A DNA stretch of 64,000 nucleotides from an uncultured bacterium (GCA_964453435.1 CAYVQZ010000022.1:4782-68781), one strand, 5' to 3'. Positions 45,508 to 55,641 are shown, numbered from the stretch's first letter. Program-made: numbers and translations. Notes: a model not told the origin generated them from the sequence alone.

Positions 45508-45537
45508 TTGACCACCGGGTATGTTTCGCGGTAGTAT
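45508..45537 (+). promoter_or_regulatory. Candidate sigma-70 promoter for the sulfatase-fold lipoprotein gene
   Basis: TTGACC, an 18-nt spacer, then TAGTAT, 53 nt upstream of ATG 45590. Confidence 0.4.
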
Positions 45538-45589
45538 GGAGTAAAGAAACCGTATTCCCTCACAGGACGAGTCCCCGGGAATTCCTCTC

Positions 45590-46936
45590 ATGAAGTTTCG
45601 CGCGGCATCCAGACTCAGAGCGGCGGCTTTCCTATGCCTCATTCTGCTCTTCGTATCCTGCTCTTCGAGCAGCCCTCAGAAGAACGACAATGTCGCACTC
45701 ATTATTATCGACACGGTCAGGGCCGACCGGCTTGGCTGCTACGGATTCCTTCTCCCGACGAGCCCAAACATCGACAAGCTGGCCGCACGCGGCACGCTGT
45801 TTGAGAAGGCGGTGACTTGCTCGCCCGTTACCCTCCCGTCGGTCAGCGCGATGCTTACATCCACGTATCCGATATACAATAACGTTCGATACAACGGCTT
45901 GTTTTTCTTGAGCGATTCGAGCATTACCCTCGCAGAGATTCTGAAGGAACACGGCTACACGACCGCGGCGTTCGTGGGCGGTTTCCCGCTTGAGTCCCGG
46001 TTCAAGGTGAATCAGGGGTTCGACGTGTTCGACGACGACTTCTCAAACTCGGTCAAAGCGGCGAAGCGGAAATGGATTGGTCACGAAGCCGATGGATTCG
46101 AGCGGACCGCCGCCGAAGTGAACGAGCGTGTATTCGCCTGGCTCGAGGAGGCGAAGGACGAACGCTTCTTTCTTATGGTTCATTATTTCGACCCGCACTG
46201 GCCCTATGAGCCGCCCAGCCCGTACGATGAACGATTTGACAGCCCGTACAACGGAGAGGTGGCGTACACCGACGAGCAGGTCGGCAAGCTGCTGGACAAA
46301 CTCCGCCAACTCGGGCTTGACAAGAAAACGCTGGTTGTGTTGACCGGTGACCACGGCGAGGGACTGGGGGCCCATAAGGAACTCACGCACGGCCAATTCA
46401 TCTTTGATACCACCGTTCTCATCCCGTTGATACTGTATCATCATGACCGCATACCCGAGGGCCTCCGCGTGAAAACGATGGCCAGGAGCATAGATATTAT
46501 GCCGACTATACTCGATTTCCTGGGTATTTCCGCCGGGTCCCGGTCCCACGGCGTCAGCCTTCTGCCGGCGCTCGACGGAAACGCCGAAGAAAAACCGGTG
46601 CTCCTGGAAACGATGCTTCCCTATTACGAAAGCGATGACCTGCAGGATATACCCGTGAAAATCGCGGGGCTGCGAACCGGCAAATGGAAGCTGGTTTACG
46701 CCACGATGGAAAAGGATGGGAAACCCGGCTGGGTGGGTGAACTCTACAACATCGAGAAGGACCCTCTCGAGGTCTTCAACGTAATTGAGGAAGAATACGA
46801 AACCTTCAGCCGCCTGATGAACGAGATGCACGCGCTAAAGAAAACATACGCTGAAAGCGCGATACGCGGCAATCAATTCGGCGAAATGGACGAGGAGACA
46901 CGGGAAAAACTGAAGAGCCTCGGCTATTTCAAATAA
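45590..46936 (+). CDS. Alkaline-phosphatase-superfamily (sulfatase-fold) hydrolase/transferase, probable lipoprotein
   Basis: 448 aa. The signal peptide has a lipobox-like FVSC. Contains IIIDTVRADRLGCYG and CSPVTLPSVSAMLTSTYP (Thr at the expected nucleophile position, no CxPxR), plus GDHGE. Confidence 0.8.
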   Translation: MKFRAASRLRAAAFLCLILLFVSCSSSSPQKNDNVALIIIDTVRADRLGCYGFLLPTSPNIDKLAARGTLFEKAVTCSPVTLPSVSAMLTSTYPIYNNVRYNGLFFLSDSSITLAEILKEHGYTTAAFVGGFPLESRFKVNQGFDVFDDDFSNSVKAAKRKWIGHEADGFERTAAEVNERVFAWLEEAKDERFFLMVHYFDPHWPYEPPSPYDERFDSPYNGEVAYTDEQVGKLLDKLRQLGLDKKTLVVLTGDHGEGLGAHKELTHGQFIFDTTVLIPLILYHHDRIPEGLRVKTMARSIDIMPTILDFLGISAGSRSHGVSLLPALDGNAEEKPVLLETMLPYYESDDLQDIPVKIAGLRTGKWKLVYATMEKDGKPGWVGELYNIEKDPLEVFNVIEEEYETFSRLMNEMHALKKTYAESAIRGNQFGEMDEETREKLKSLGYFK

Positions 46937-46968
46937 CACGCCGCTTGAATTTCGGGGGAGCTGGCTGG

Positions 46969-49167
46969 TCACTTGATATAGCCCAGACTCCTGAGGTTCT
47001 CGACATCGCGCGGGGCATAGCGCGGAGAGGTCTCGCTCCGCTGTTCCTCCCGGCAGAGATAATCTTCATGAATTGCTCGCCAGTGAGCGGCGAGTTCAGG
47101 ACTGTCCGCGAGAATATTGATTGATTCATCAGGGTCAACGCTCAAGTCATAGAGCCGCTCTCCGTCGGGCCCCGCGATATATTTCATTTCACGCGAACGG
47201 AAGCAAATCCGATTCGAAAGGTCCTCCGCGATTATGTGCTCGCGATCGAGGCGCCGCTCTCTGCCTTCTATCAAGGGGAGCAAATTCATTCCGGCGCCTT
47301 TCAACTCATCCTCCAATCCTGCAGCCGCCAAGACCGTAGGCGCCAGGTCGATTATTGACACCAATTCATCCACCTTTTGGACATGGTCCATCCCGGGAAC
47401 ATGCATAATCAGAGGAACATGAATCAAATCTTCGGTGAGATCATGCCCGTGGCAGAAATAATACCCGTGCTCGCCCATCGCTTCCCCGTGGTCGGCCGTG
47501 AAGATCACCACTGATTTATCCCACAGGCCTCTTTTCTTGAGCTGTTCGAGCAGGTCGCCGATAAGGTCGTCTGCATATGCAATTTCCCCATTATAGCGAA
47601 TCCGATAGTCAGCCGGAGAGTTGTGGCCCGGTATATATTGGTACATGGGGATGCCGTTCCTGCCGTCGTTGTCGGTAACAGGCAGGACCTTTTGGTCGTC
47701 TCGGCTCATGCGCTCGGGAATGCGTCTCAAATACCTTTCGGGAGGAATGTAAGGTCCATGCGGGTCCTGGTAATGAACCCAGAGAAAGAACCGCCGCTCG
47801 CCTATTGCATCAAGAAAACCGAACACATATTCGTTGGTTTTCTCGGCAGTTCTCTCAATCACCCCGCGCGAAAGCGGGAACGAGGTGTACGTGTCGTCAT
47901 AAATGCGGAATCCCTGCCAAAAGCGCCGTTTCCGATGGAGCACCGAATTGCTGACAAAGGCGGCGGTGAGATACCCGTTCCGAGATAATATTTTCGCAAG
48001 CGTTTCCTGGTCGGGTATAATCTTCGGCTTGCCCGGCACACCGACAGAGTGAACGGTGCGATATGTTGACGTCATCATGGACCACACGGCGGGCGCGGTG
48101 TACGGAGCGGTCGAAGCACAATTCGTGAAAATCGTAGACTGTTCGCCGAAAACATCAAGTTTCGGAGTCGTCTTCAAGTTATAGCCGTATGAACCCATGT
48201 GGTCGGCGCGAAGCGTGTCGAGCGTTATAAGGATGACATTGGGGCGCTCGCTCCGGGTTTCCGCCTTTGCCGAAGAAAGCATCCCCGACGCGAAAGCCGC
48301 TCCAAGAACGCCCGCAAACAGGAGGGCGGGGCGCGACGGCTTCTGAAGCATGTTGCTCGAAATTCTTTCCAAGAGATGCTCCAACCGGAATGTCTTCAGC
48401 CACACCAACGCCACGGTCAACGCAACCAGAGTCACCAGTGCGACGATTATCCAACCGGTGTTGGTCGCGGAAGGATTCTGCAAAGGCCATAGAAGGGAAA
48501 CGGCCGCGGCCACAAGACAAGCGAGAGACCAGGAGATGAGCAAAAAGGCAGGCGACGGCTTTTGCTGGCGTCGGCCGGACATCAAAATGACCGAGATGCT
48601 ATGGACCGGCGCCGCGACAGCCACAGAAACCGGCACGGAGACATAGGGAACAAGCAACAGGAGACCGCTCAACCAGTGGCCATCGAGAAAGCGAGAGGCC
48701 AGCATCGGAGGACTCATATACGGAGAGATTATGAGGAGCCTTCCTGTCCAATGCCCGTGCATCAACCGGAAGAGAGCCACAGAGCTCAGCAGGTATGCAG
48801 ACAGCCAAATCGCGAGAAAGGAAAGACGGTCAAGCCGGAAACTTCTGTTTCTCGTTTTCCGCAGGAACAGAGAATCAAGCCCGAGCCCGAGCATGAGCCA
48901 GAAGCCTATCCAGATCGCCGGACCGGCGCCAAATAAGACATGCATCGTTCGCTGGACGGCAAAGCTTCCCATCCAGCTTTCGGTTACCAGAATCCACCTC
49001 TGCGGCTCGCGCAGGACCGCAACGAACTGCGCGGCGGCGCCGCCCCCGGCGAAAAGCAGCAGGAGCGCGAGGCTTCGAAACAGTTTTCGCCCGCCATCGT
49101 GAATGACGATAGCTGTGCCCGAACCTCCGGTCTTGTCAATTACGGGTTCGTCAGGATTGGCTTTCAT
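46969..49167 (-). CDS. Polytopic membrane protein with a C-terminal sulfatase-fold domain (LtaS/EptA/OpgB-like architecture)
   Basis: 732 aa. About 330 aa of hydrophobic helices are followed by VILITLDTLRADHMGSYGY, ASTAPYTAPAVWSMMTSTY and TADHGEAMGEHG. Confidence 0.75.
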   Translation of the reverse strand: MKANPDEPVIDKTGGSGTAIVIHDGGRKLFRSLALLLLFAGGGAAAQFVAVLREPQRWILVTESWMGSFAVQRTMHVLFGAGPAIWIGFWLMLGLGLDSLFLRKTRNRSFRLDRLSFLAIWLSAYLLSSVALFRLMHGHWTGRLLIISPYMSPPMLASRFLDGHWLSGLLLLVPYVSVPVSVAVAAPVHSISVILMSGRRQQKPSPAFLLISWSLACLVAAAVSLLWPLQNPSATNTGWIIVALVTLVALTVALVWLKTFRLEHLLERISSNMLQKPSRPALLFAGVLGAAFASGMLSSAKAETRSERPNVILITLDTLRADHMGSYGYNLKTTPKLDVFGEQSTIFTNCASTAPYTAPAVWSMMTSTYRTVHSVGVPGKPKIIPDQETLAKILSRNGYLTAAFVSNSVLHRKRRFWQGFRIYDDTYTSFPLSRGVIERTAEKTNEYVFGFLDAIGERRFFLWVHYQDPHGPYIPPERYLRRIPERMSRDDQKVLPVTDNDGRNGIPMYQYIPGHNSPADYRIRYNGEIAYADDLIGDLLEQLKKRGLWDKSVVIFTADHGEAMGEHGYYFCHGHDLTEDLIHVPLIMHVPGMDHVQKVDELVSIIDLAPTVLAAAGLEDELKGAGMNLLPLIEGRERRLDREHIIAEDLSNRICFRSREMKYIAGPDGERLYDLSVDPDESINILADSPELAAHWRAIHEDYLCREEQRSETSPRYAPRDVENLRSLGYIK

Positions 49168-49209
49168 AACTTCAACAGGTGTTATTCTTTTCCTTCAACA
49201 ACACTTCCA

Positions 49210-49238
49210 AATATAAAGATCGCGGCGCGCCTTGTCAA
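49210..49238 (-). promoter_or_regulatory. Candidate sigma-70 promoter for the membrane sulfatase-fold gene
   Basis: Minus strand reads TTGACA (49238-49233), a 17-nt spacer, then TATATT (49215-49210), 43 nt upstream of ATG 49167. Confidence 0.4.
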
Positions 49239-49338
49239 TCGAACCCATGGTCGAAGGCCAAATGAACCGGTCGGAGTTCTTTTCTCAAACAGACTGCGGG
49301 TCATCACTTTCCACTTGCTCCGAACATGGAAATGGCGT

Positions 49339-51363
49339 CTATTCCTCCGAGAGGTTGTTCCGGATTTCGGCGGGAATGAGGATTGCCCAGTAGTCTTGTT
49401 GCCTTATGACGGTCGCACTCGGGTTCATGGATTGCGCTTTACGCAGAAACATCTCCTCGGCTGGCCCGGGGTCGACGACGAGCGCGGTGGCTGGCCGCAA
49501 AGCGAATTCCTCCGCCATGGCCTCAATATCTTCGAACTCCATCCAACGAATGTGCGCCCTGTCGCTCCCTGGACGAGACCTGTCGTAGGTGATCAAATGG
49601 AGCAAAAACGGGAAGTCCTTCAGCCGATTTGAGATGAAGACAGAATAGGACGGTGGAATCGACCGCACGAATTCGGCGGCCTTTCTGGGATGTGGCTCCC
49701 GGCCCAATGCGGAATCCGTGTCGGCGTAAACAAGGAACAAGCTGGTCAGCGAAATTGTGGCGAGAAAAAACAGGACAAGCATTCGCGACAAATTGCGGCT
49801 TTGAAATCCGCCAAAAGACTCATTGACTCTCCAAACCTTCGCAAGCAGCAATCCCCCTATCATTGCCGGCACAGGAACCAGCGTGGCGAATAATCTGCGC
49901 TCCGCAAAACCGAAGCCCGTCGCCGCAGGCAGAAAAGCGACGGGTATCCACAATAGCACAAGCAGGTTCTCGAAAGTTTTCCTGAAACCCGCGAGCACGC
50001 CCAACCCGAGGAGAAAGAGTACGCCGGAAATGGGATTCGGATAGAAGGTATTCGATGGGTGGTGTGTCTTGGGCATCAATTGGGTCGCCGCTTGGAACCC
50101 TCTGAGCACATTTCCAATGAAAACATGAGTCGGGCGCAAGCCGGAATATTCGGCGGCGGCCAGAAAGTTGCCGGATTTTCCGTACAGACGGAGGAATTCC
50201 TTGAGGTTCTCCCACCCGATAGTAAGATGGGGAAGGAGAACCAACAGGAACGCGGCGGTGAAAGCGCATATCTCGGCGAATGACATGCCTCTGCGGCCGC
50301 GATTTGCAGCGAGGAACCTCCCCGCAACAACCACCGCTATCGCAAAGGGGGCCATGACAAAACATGAGGCATACAAGTACAACGTTGCTCCCGTCAGGGC
50401 GCCCAGAAGAGCGAAGTTCCATTTCCCCCCGATTCGTACGGCGCGGATCAGAACAAAGAGCAGAAGCGCCAGAAACATCGGCCCTTCTATCTCGTGCACC
50501 CCGAATTTGCTGTACCCCACGTGCCAGGGATCGGCGGCTACCAGGAATGCGGAAAACATGCCCGCTTTGCTTCCCCACAGCTTCTTGCAGAGGATATAAA
50601 CGAGGAGGATGGTAAACGTCCCCTCGAGGGCTGAGACAGTTCGGTGTTGAAACAATCCGACCCCGAAAGCCGAAAAGGCGAGACGAATTGCCGCAATCCT
50701 GATCAAATGGATTTTCCGAACGTCCGGCTGTTCGAAAAAGGATTGGGGATGCTCGCCAACCTCGAGAGCCGCCTTCGCGAAAAGCTGTTCGTCAACCGTA
50801 TAGCGGACCGGAAAAACGTCCAGCTGATAGAGTCGCACCGCAAGCCCAAAGAGAACGATCGCCATGACAACTAATTTCTCGACGCGGGCCGAGCGTGAAA
50901 TCTCCGGTCGGTTCACACGCTCAAAACGCCCGGCTGCCCAGCCCAGCATGGGAAGAATTAGTCCGCCGGCCAATATCCACGTGCGGCCGGATATGCCTTG
51001 GAGCCCGTAGATCAGGAAAAAGGCTCCAGCCAAAACAAGGAGCCATCTGTTCAAAATAGCGGGCGTTCCCAGCTTTCGGAGCACGAGTGAACGCGTTGCG
51101 GAAAGGGCTGCAACCGCAAGCGTCAGAAGCGCCGGCGCAGTCAAGGGCGAGCCACCCCAATGGTACATTCTCGAGCCCAAAACAATTGCCCGATTCATTA
51201 TTGCGCCCAGCTCCTCCAGCACAAATCCTTGACTCAACGCCTGGGCCGACATGCGACGATAGACGAGGAAAAAGAGCGTGCCGGCGAACACGGTCCACAG
51301 TGTCGCCGCGAGCGCTCGGCGCGAGTTTGAGCGGATAGGCTCCAGAAATCCGGAATCATTCAT
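49339..51363 (-). CDS. Polytopic GT-C glycosyltransferase (ArnT/PMT_2-like)
   Basis: 674 aa with more than 10 TM helices. The first periplasmic loop reads YTVDEQLFAKAALEV (a DE motif as in ArnT/PMT). The soluble C-terminal domain is about 150 aa. Confidence 0.6.
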   Translation of the reverse strand: MNDSGFLEPIRSNSRRALAATLWTVFAGTLFFLVYRRMSAQALSQGFVLEELGAIMNRAIVLGSRMYHWGGSPLTAPALLTLAVAALSATRSLVLRKLGTPAILNRWLLVLAGAFFLIYGLQGISGRTWILAGGLILPMLGWAAGRFERVNRPEISRSARVEKLVVMAIVLFGLAVRLYQLDVFPVRYTVDEQLFAKAALEVGEHPQSFFEQPDVRKIHLIRIAAIRLAFSAFGVGLFQHRTVSALEGTFTILLVYILCKKLWGSKAGMFSAFLVAADPWHVGYSKFGVHEIEGPMFLALLLFVLIRAVRIGGKWNFALLGALTGATLYLYASCFVMAPFAIAVVVAGRFLAANRGRRGMSFAEICAFTAAFLLVLLPHLTIGWENLKEFLRLYGKSGNFLAAAEYSGLRPTHVFIGNVLRGFQAATQLMPKTHHPSNTFYPNPISGVLFLLGLGVLAGFRKTFENLLVLLWIPVAFLPAATGFGFAERRLFATLVPVPAMIGGLLLAKVWRVNESFGGFQSRNLSRMLVLFFLATISLTSLFLVYADTDSALGREPHPRKAAEFVRSIPPSYSVFISNRLKDFPFLLHLITYDRSRPGSDRAHIRWMEFEDIEAMAEEFALRPATALVVDPGPAEEMFLRKAQSMNPSATVIRQQDYWAILIPAEIRNNLSEE

Positions 51364-51369
51364 AGAATG

Positions 51370-53049
51370 CTAGTTATGCTGGGGTGCAGGTTGTCCGGAG
51401 GATGTCCGGCTCGCCCCCTTTTTATCTGTTCGGGAATTCTTCTGTGAGGTTCGCAAATCAAATATTATTGTGTCGGGCCGGCTCGGGTCTGTGAAGAACA
51501 AACTATTCTCGAAAAGGTAGTCGCGCATCTCACTCCTCTCGCGCCCTTCGCCTGCAAGCGCTTCCGAAAACACGAACAGAGAAATTCCTTCTTCTTCAAT
51601 CGCCTCGCGTAAGCGCTCCAAGGAGGATATCCCCCCATAGTAATTGCGGCCAAGATAAAAGTAGAAGGCCGGCGACATGGCTCCGTAGCCGTACCCAAAA
51701 TCATTAACTCCCCCAACCGACTCGCTCTCTCCGAGGAATCCGCTCAGGCTGGTGGCTAGAGCGTATCCGCGTTGGTTTTCCGGTTGCCATACCATGAGAT
51801 CGTATTTCCTCTGCGTTTTGTAACTCATGAAGGCGAGGTAGGCTGTCAGCAGAACCGCAAGGAAAAGCGTCAACCACCGTTCCTTCGCTGTTGCCGTTTT
51901 GGGTTCCACCAGCGCTCGCGCGCACGAGACGGCCAGAAAAGGAGAGAAAAGGGTCAAGAAATGCAGATGGCTGCCGACCATCCCGAGGAAGATCAAAAAG
52001 AACAGCGCTGGCAGGAGCAAGACCATGAAAAGGAACGAATCGCCCGAACCTCGGTTGTTTTTCCAAAAAATTGTCCCGAGTATCCAGAAAGTTGAAAGAA
52101 CGAGCACGGGGATAGTCAGCAACTCGCGGTAGTTCGGAATCAACTTGCGGACGTTGATGCTGAAGAACCCTCTTATATAGGAGATATTGAACACGCTTTC
52201 AGCGAGCGCTTTGGAACCGAGGGCCTCCGGATTCTGACGCAGCAGAAGAATCTGAGTGACGTATCCCAACCCAACGAGCAGGCACGAACCGACTATCACG
52301 CACAGCGCCGTTCGATGCCTTTTCCATGTCCCGGTCACCAGGGCGTGAATGAGAATCACGGGAGCGGCCAGATAACCCACAATATGATGCAAACACCCAA
52401 GCGCCACCGCCAGGACGACAAGGTAACAGTGCGCTTTTGATTCGGAGTTCGACCAAAGGGTGTATGCAAGCACGGCGGCTGTGGGAAACAGAAAAACCCA
52501 TGCGGTGTAAAGCAGAAACATATTCACGGGAAGCAGCAACATGAGGATACTGCTCAGGGCGGCCGTTCGATGGTCGAAAAGCCTCCATGCCCCGACACAC
52601 ACAAGGGAAAACAGGGCCGCGGCGTAGGCGAGCTCGACCATTCGGAAACTGAGCGTCGTAACCCCGAAAAGTCGGAAACCCAGCGATTGAACAATGAAAT
52701 AAGCCGGCATCTCGGTGAACTTGAACACGAGGTTATCCGGGGCGGGATTCAGGTTGTCGCAGACACCCAGCCAGTTGCTGAAGTAGCCGTGGCGAAGATA
52801 ATTCAGTGCCCTGACCGCATAGAACGGTTCTCCCGCGAAAGGTTTGCCGTAATCTCTGAATGGCTCGGCGAGATGCCGGAGATTGAGAAGAATGAAAAGC
52901 GCTCCGGCAAGAAAAATTATGGTCAGACACGCATACCGAACGCGCGAACTATCGCCCGAAAACAGTCCGTTTCCTGATTCGGAATTTGCGCGGCGCATGC
53001 TGTGGACGGCTGTCGAGACCGACCGGTTGCACGTATCCAGTCGAATCAT
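51370..53049 (-). CDS. Polytopic GT-C glycosyltransferase (ArnT/PMT_2-like), paralogous architecture
   Basis: From ORF 51370..53055 (TTG), with ATG at 53049. It has many TM helices and an early loop FAGEPFYAVRALNYLRHGYF. The stop is 6 nt before the next GT-C gene. Confidence 0.6.
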   Translation of the reverse strand: MIRLDTCNRSVSTAVHSMRRANSESGNGLFSGDSSRVRYACLTIIFLAGALFILLNLRHLAEPFRDYGKPFAGEPFYAVRALNYLRHGYFSNWLGVCDNLNPAPDNLVFKFTEMPAYFIVQSLGFRLFGVTTLSFRMVELAYAAALFSLVCVGAWRLFDHRTAALSSILMLLLPVNMFLLYTAWVFLFPTAAVLAYTLWSNSESKAHCYLVVLAVALGCLHHIVGYLAAPVILIHALVTGTWKRHRTALCVIVGSCLLVGLGYVTQILLLRQNPEALGSKALAESVFNISYIRGFFSINVRKLIPNYRELLTIPVLVLSTFWILGTIFWKNNRGSGDSFLFMVLLLPALFFLIFLGMVGSHLHFLTLFSPFLAVSCARALVEPKTATAKERWLTLFLAVLLTAYLAFMSYKTQRKYDLMVWQPENQRGYALATSLSGFLGESESVGGVNDFGYGYGAMSPAFYFYLGRNYYGGISSLERLREAIEEEGISLFVFSEALAGEGRERSEMRDYLFENSLFFTDPSRPDTIIFDLRTSQKNSRTDKKGASRTSSGQPAPQHN

Positions 53050-53124
53050 TCCCAATTATACCACGACAAGACGAACCTCTTGTGGTCCGACCAACGAGCG
53101 GAATCAAAAAAATGCAGCCCGAGC

Positions 53125-53991
53125 TTACAGAGAAATGTCCCGCTCCTCCCGCGCCGATACAGCCCTTTGTTGCGATTCCTCTCCGGACGGCCCGGCAGAC
53201 GTTTCGGGCTCCACTATGCGATAGTAGGATTCTTCGAAAAGTTTTCGTCCGCTCTCGTCGAAAAGCCCGAATTTCCCGAGATGCATTCTCTGGAGCCTGA
53301 ATTTGAGGGAAGTAAGCACGCATCCGAACCCGTACTTCATGCTGCGAGTGAAATTGATGGAAGACGCCTCGGGGAAGTACTTTGTGGGGCAGGATATCTC
53401 GCCTATCTTATATTTCCAGAAGATAATCTGGGCGAGCATTTCATTATCGAAAACGAAGTCATCGGAATTCTCGAGCAATGGGAGCGACTCCAGCACCTTC
53501 CTTGAAAATGCCCGGTAACCGGTATGATATTCGGAGAGTTTGTAAAAAAGCAGCAGGTTCTCGAACATTGTCAGAAACCTGTTGGAGATGTATTTGTAAA
53601 CCGGCATTCCGCCCTTCAGCGCGCCCACTCCGAGGATGCGTGAGGCAATGACCACGTCGTATTCGCCCACCGCGATGAGCGACACCATTGCGGTAATCAG
53701 CTTCGGCGAATACTGGTAATCAGGATGAAGCATGACCACGATGTCCGCGCCCGTCTTCAGAGCCTCGCGATAGCAGGTTTTTTGGTTGCGTCCATATCCG
53801 AAGTTCCTCGCGTGAATGAACGTTTTGATGCCAAGTTTTTTGGACATCTCGATTGTGTCGTCATGACTGCCGTCGTCAACGAGCAGTATCGTGTCAACGA
53901 CATCCAGCGGGACTTCGTCGTAGGTTTGCTTCAACGTCTTGCCCGCGTTGTAGGCGGGCATTACGACTGCAACCCTCTTTCCCTCAATCAC
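53125..53991 (-). CDS. Soluble GT2, dolichyl/polyprenyl-phosphate hexose synthase-like (DPM1/Ppm1 type)
   Basis: 288 aa with a GTG start. Contains [30 protein letters not shown] and HPDYQY. No C-terminal TM helix. Confidence 0.8.
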   Translation of the reverse strand: MIEGKRVAVVMPAYNAGKTLKQTYDEVPLDVVDTILLVDDGSHDDTIEMSKKLGIKTFIHARNFGYGRNQKTCYREALKTGADIVVMLHPDYQYSPKLITAMVSLIAVGEYDVVIASRILGVGALKGGMPVYKYISNRFLTMFENLLLFYKLSEYHTGYRAFSRKVLESLPLLENSDDFVFDNEMLAQIIFWKYKIGEISCPTKYFPEASSINFTRSMKYGFGCVLTSLKFRLQRMHLGKFGLFDESGRKLFEESYYRIVEPETSAGPSGEESQQRAVSAREERDISL

Positions 53992-54112
53992 TGTCCATTC
54001 TCCGAGGTGTCATTCAGCGACCCCGATACGCCTCACCATCCTACCAGAAGAGAATTGCCGAATCAATAAGCGCTTGCATGCATTCGGTCTTCGCCGGGAC
54101 CTCTTCGGGCGG

Positions 54113-55600
54113 TCATTTTCCCATCATCACGCGGCGCGACTTTTCGGACAGCTTTTTTTCCTCGGCCTCCTCAAGCTTTTCATCCACGCGCTCGCGATGA
54201 ATCTCGATGCCATGATAGAGGAATGACTTCTGGATGAAGTCGAATTGGCCCTCGATAGCCTTTCGGGTGGACCTGTATCCGTGAACCAGAGCGAGGTCCA
54301 TAAGTTTGCGCGATGCATTGAGCGGATTGTGAAACATGGTGGGGTCTTCCGGATCGGGCTCAATCAGTATCGTGGTTACCTTCGGATTTTCGGACTGATA
54401 GCGTTCGATCTTGCGAAGGATAATCTGGTGCAGCATGCTGCGGTACGATTGCTCCAGGATACCCAACGGGCCGAGGTCTTTCAAAAGACCCTTCCTCTTG
54501 CTTACGAACGGAACAAGCGGGTTCACGCAAATGACAAGGTCGGCGCCGCGTTCGATCGCAATGTCGAGATTGGCGGCATTGCAGATCGCCCCGTCGATGT
54601 AATAACGGCCGTCGATCTTGACGGGGCTGTAGGTCAGCGGCAGCGCGATAGAGGCTTCGACCGCCTGGGATATCGGAGTATCCATATCATCGGCTGCGCC
54701 GAACACGCGTCTTTCGGTGGTATCGAGGTCGGTCGCGATGATATATAACTCTGCGCCTCGGTCTCTGAGATCGGCGAAACTGTTTGTTCCCTGAGCCTCC
54801 TCCAATATATTTTCAAGGAAATGCCGTATCCGTTTGGCCGAAAGAAGGCTGGTCATGAAAAAGCTAGAGAGAAAGAGGGGGATATCCTTGTTGGGCTCCC
54901 CCCAGAGAGAGGACAAACCACGAAACAGGTTGGGCACAAACATCGCCATTTTATAGAAGAATTCTGAGATATTCGGATAATAGGCCTGCGCCCATTCGAG
55001 TTTGCGCCTCTCCAGCATCATTCGGAACGGAATTTTATTGGCGGCGCACGTTGCGACGAAAGCGCCGGCGCTGATACCGACATAGATATCGAAATCGTGA
55101 ACCCCAAAATCATAAAGCGCCCTGAGACTGCCGAACTCGATGAAGCCTCCGAGTATGCCTCCCCCTTCGAGCAACAGCGCTGTTTTCCCGCGTCCCATCC
55201 TGGGAGCGAGAAGCATATGAACAAATTGCTCCGCGCCTTCTATCTTCTCACAGTAGAAGTCAACGCCGCCGACCCGTCCCCATGTGTAGGATTCCACCGA
55301 ACGGTCGTCGTTGACCAGCCCGATCCTGCCGCTGTAAACTCGTCGAAGTTTCTTGAGAGCCGGCATGATGACAGAAGCGTTTCCGCCCGGAAGGTTCAGG
55401 AGAATTCCGTTCAAGTAGTAGTTCAGAAACGAGTGGGCGGACTCGATATCGGAGCAGCTCATAATTTCGAGCGTGCCGCCCTGGCGCTTCGCGGTGTTCC
55501 GGAGGATTCTCTTGACATTTGAAAGGTTGCGCGGCCTGTCGCTCACGATAAGCACGCGGGCAGCGCCATCTGTGCTCACCGGCAAGTTCGTGCCTTTCAT
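54113..55600 (-). CDS. Patatin-like phospholipase with an N-terminal receiver-like (pseudo-receiver) domain
   Basis: 495 aa. The patatin motifs are LLLEGGGILGGF (oxyanion) and GISAGA (GxSxG). The N-terminal ~130 aa has REC-like strand patterns (RVLIVSD, GILLNLPGGN, GVDFYCEKI) with Asn where the phospho-accepting Asp is expected. GAGGAG Shine-Dalgarno. Confidence 0.8.
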   Translation of the reverse strand: MKGTNLPVSTDGAARVLIVSDRPRNLSNVKRILRNTAKRQGGTLEIMSCSDIESAHSFLNYYLNGILLNLPGGNASVIMPALKKLRRVYSGRIGLVNDDRSVESYTWGRVGGVDFYCEKIEGAEQFVHMLLAPRMGRGKTALLLEGGGILGGFIEFGSLRALYDFGVHDFDIYVGISAGAFVATCAANKIPFRMMLERRKLEWAQAYYPNISEFFYKMAMFVPNLFRGLSSLWGEPNKDIPLFLSSFFMTSLLSAKRIRHFLENILEEAQGTNSFADLRDRGAELYIIATDLDTTERRVFGAADDMDTPISQAVEASIALPLTYSPVKIDGRYYIDGAICNAANLDIAIERGADLVICVNPLVPFVSKRKGLLKDLGPLGILEQSYRSMLHQIILRKIERYQSENPKVTTILIEPDPEDPTMFHNPLNASRKLMDLALVHGYRSTRKAIEGQFDFIQKSFLYHGIEIHRERVDEKLEEAEEKKLSEKSRRVMMGK

Positions 55601-55641
55601 AAGTCTCCTCGATATTCAGGAAATTGCTGGAACCCGAGAAA

